A stretch of DNA of 48,722 nt from Flavobacteriales bacterium (GTDB taxonomy: Bacteria > Bacteroidota > Bacteroidia > DT-38): positions 1-48,722 of the forward strand of contig JABSPR010000004.1 in NCBI GenBank assembly GCA_013214975.1. Direction: 5' to 3'. Under the pieces are notes generated by a model. It had not been told where the DNA came from. It saw only the letters and a list, made by a program, of their open reading frames with translations, and searched no databases. Position 1 is the stretch's first letter, and each line of letters begins with the position of its first letter. Position numbers and translations under genes: made by a program. Below, one piece after another: positions 48,138-48,722 of the stretch.

Positions 48138-48326
48138 GCTTCATACTTCCGTGGTTGCATCTTCGGAAAAACTTCAATAAAACTTGTTCTCGATGCACCG
48201 ATGAAGAATTGACACTCGAACTGACAGGTTTTAAATGCGGTTCAAAAATCATTGTCCGTTCGAGTGAATTCCGTAAAACGGAATTTGTATTGAGAACAAA
48301 ATGATTTGGTTCGGGTAATTGACTCT

Positions 48327-48722
48327 CTACCCTAATATATCCTCAATACTAGTCCTTGTAGCTTTCACCGAATCTGGCTCTTTCAAAGCCAATTGTCCAC
48401 AGGCACCATGAATATCTCTACCAAGGTTTTTACGAATCGTAACTGAAATACCCGTTTCCTCAATCTTTCTTTTAAAGAGTTGAGCTTGCTCTCTCGAAGT
48501 GGCTTCTAAGTCTTTGTCTGTTTTATTGTAGACAATAAGATTCACATGTAAAAGATGCTTCCGTCCCATTTTAAGAAGTCTTCGTCCTAGTTCACCGGCA
48601 TCGCTTTCTTGATCATTCTTACCGTCGAGCAGGATGTATTCAATAAACACTTTTCTGTTTGTTTTATTCAAGTGATACTCCATTGCCTCAAGCAACTTAT
48701 CCATTGGGTAAGGCTTGTTAAT
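48327..48722 (-). CDS. rlmN: 23S rRNA/tRNA (adenine-C2)-methyltransferase RlmN, C-terminal part; 5' end beyond window edge
   Basis: The frame stays open from 48704 to the window end (INKPYP MDKLL...). VFIEYILLDGKNDQ, VNLIVYN and GRDIHGACGQLA align with the RlmN/Cfr radical-SAM C-terminus. Confidence 0.8.
   Translation of the reverse strand: MNKPYPMDKLLEAMEYHLNKTNRKVFIEYILLDGKNDQESDAGELGRRLLKMGRKHLLHVNLIVYNKTDKDLEATSREQAQLFKRKIEETGISVTIRKNLGRDIHGACGQLALKEPDSVKATRTSIEDILG

Noticed and set aside
48119-48304. 61-aa ORF in the track (MIRAFFCF...)
   Set aside because: It starts at a TTG inside the terminator stem and has no internal Met and no recognisable domain. It spans hairpin-rich sequence. 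I treat the region as non-coding, and it is reported as a structured-RNA candidate instead.
1-48722. Search for tRNA/rRNA genes, CRISPR arrays, IS/transposon ends, integrases, prophage or defence-island signatures
   Set aside because: No T-loop/acceptor-like sequences turned up in the intergenic gaps I read. There are no spaced direct repeats, no transposase/integrase/reverse-transcriptase/nuclease-helicase ORFs, and no long inverted terminal repeats. Gene content is core-like throughout.

Overview
AT-rich, densely packed chromosomal segment of Bacteroidota type. The taxon call rests on a T9SS type-B sorting domain plus a PorP/SprF gene, TAnnTTTG -7 boxes, signal peptides cleaved before Gln, and DUF2723 and TlpA-like lipoproteins. 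I support 41 protein-coding genes, two of them cut by the window edges, plus one doubtful 32-aa sORF. Most are core housekeeping genes: polA, cysS, gmk, nadD, nadA, nadB, yicC, rlmN, a trans-sulfuration enzyme, threonine dehydrogenase, and an mmsA/aminotransferase pair. Envelope, secreted and glycosylation-related genes are interspersed among them. I found no rRNA, tRNA, CRISPR array, transposase, integrase, phage gene or recognisable defence gene, so this reads as an ordinary core region, not an accessory island. I do not see a convincing self-contained novel multi-gene system. The most unusual items follow. (1) A T9SS type-B cargo gene sits 1 nt from a PorP/SprF homologue that carries a C-terminal coiled-coil plus a SPOR-like peptidoglycan-binding domain. 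(2) A lipoprotein / methyltransferase / methyltransferase-GT2 fusion operon. (3) A DUF2723 (TMEM260-like GT-C) gene with an adjacent deacetylase. (4) A pair of uncharacterised secreted proteins downstream of polA. (5) A helix-rich 160-nt intergenic stretch next to rlmN. (6) A GC-rich perfect palindrome between the predicted -7 box and the start codon of nadA. All family calls come from motif recognition by eye and no database search was run.
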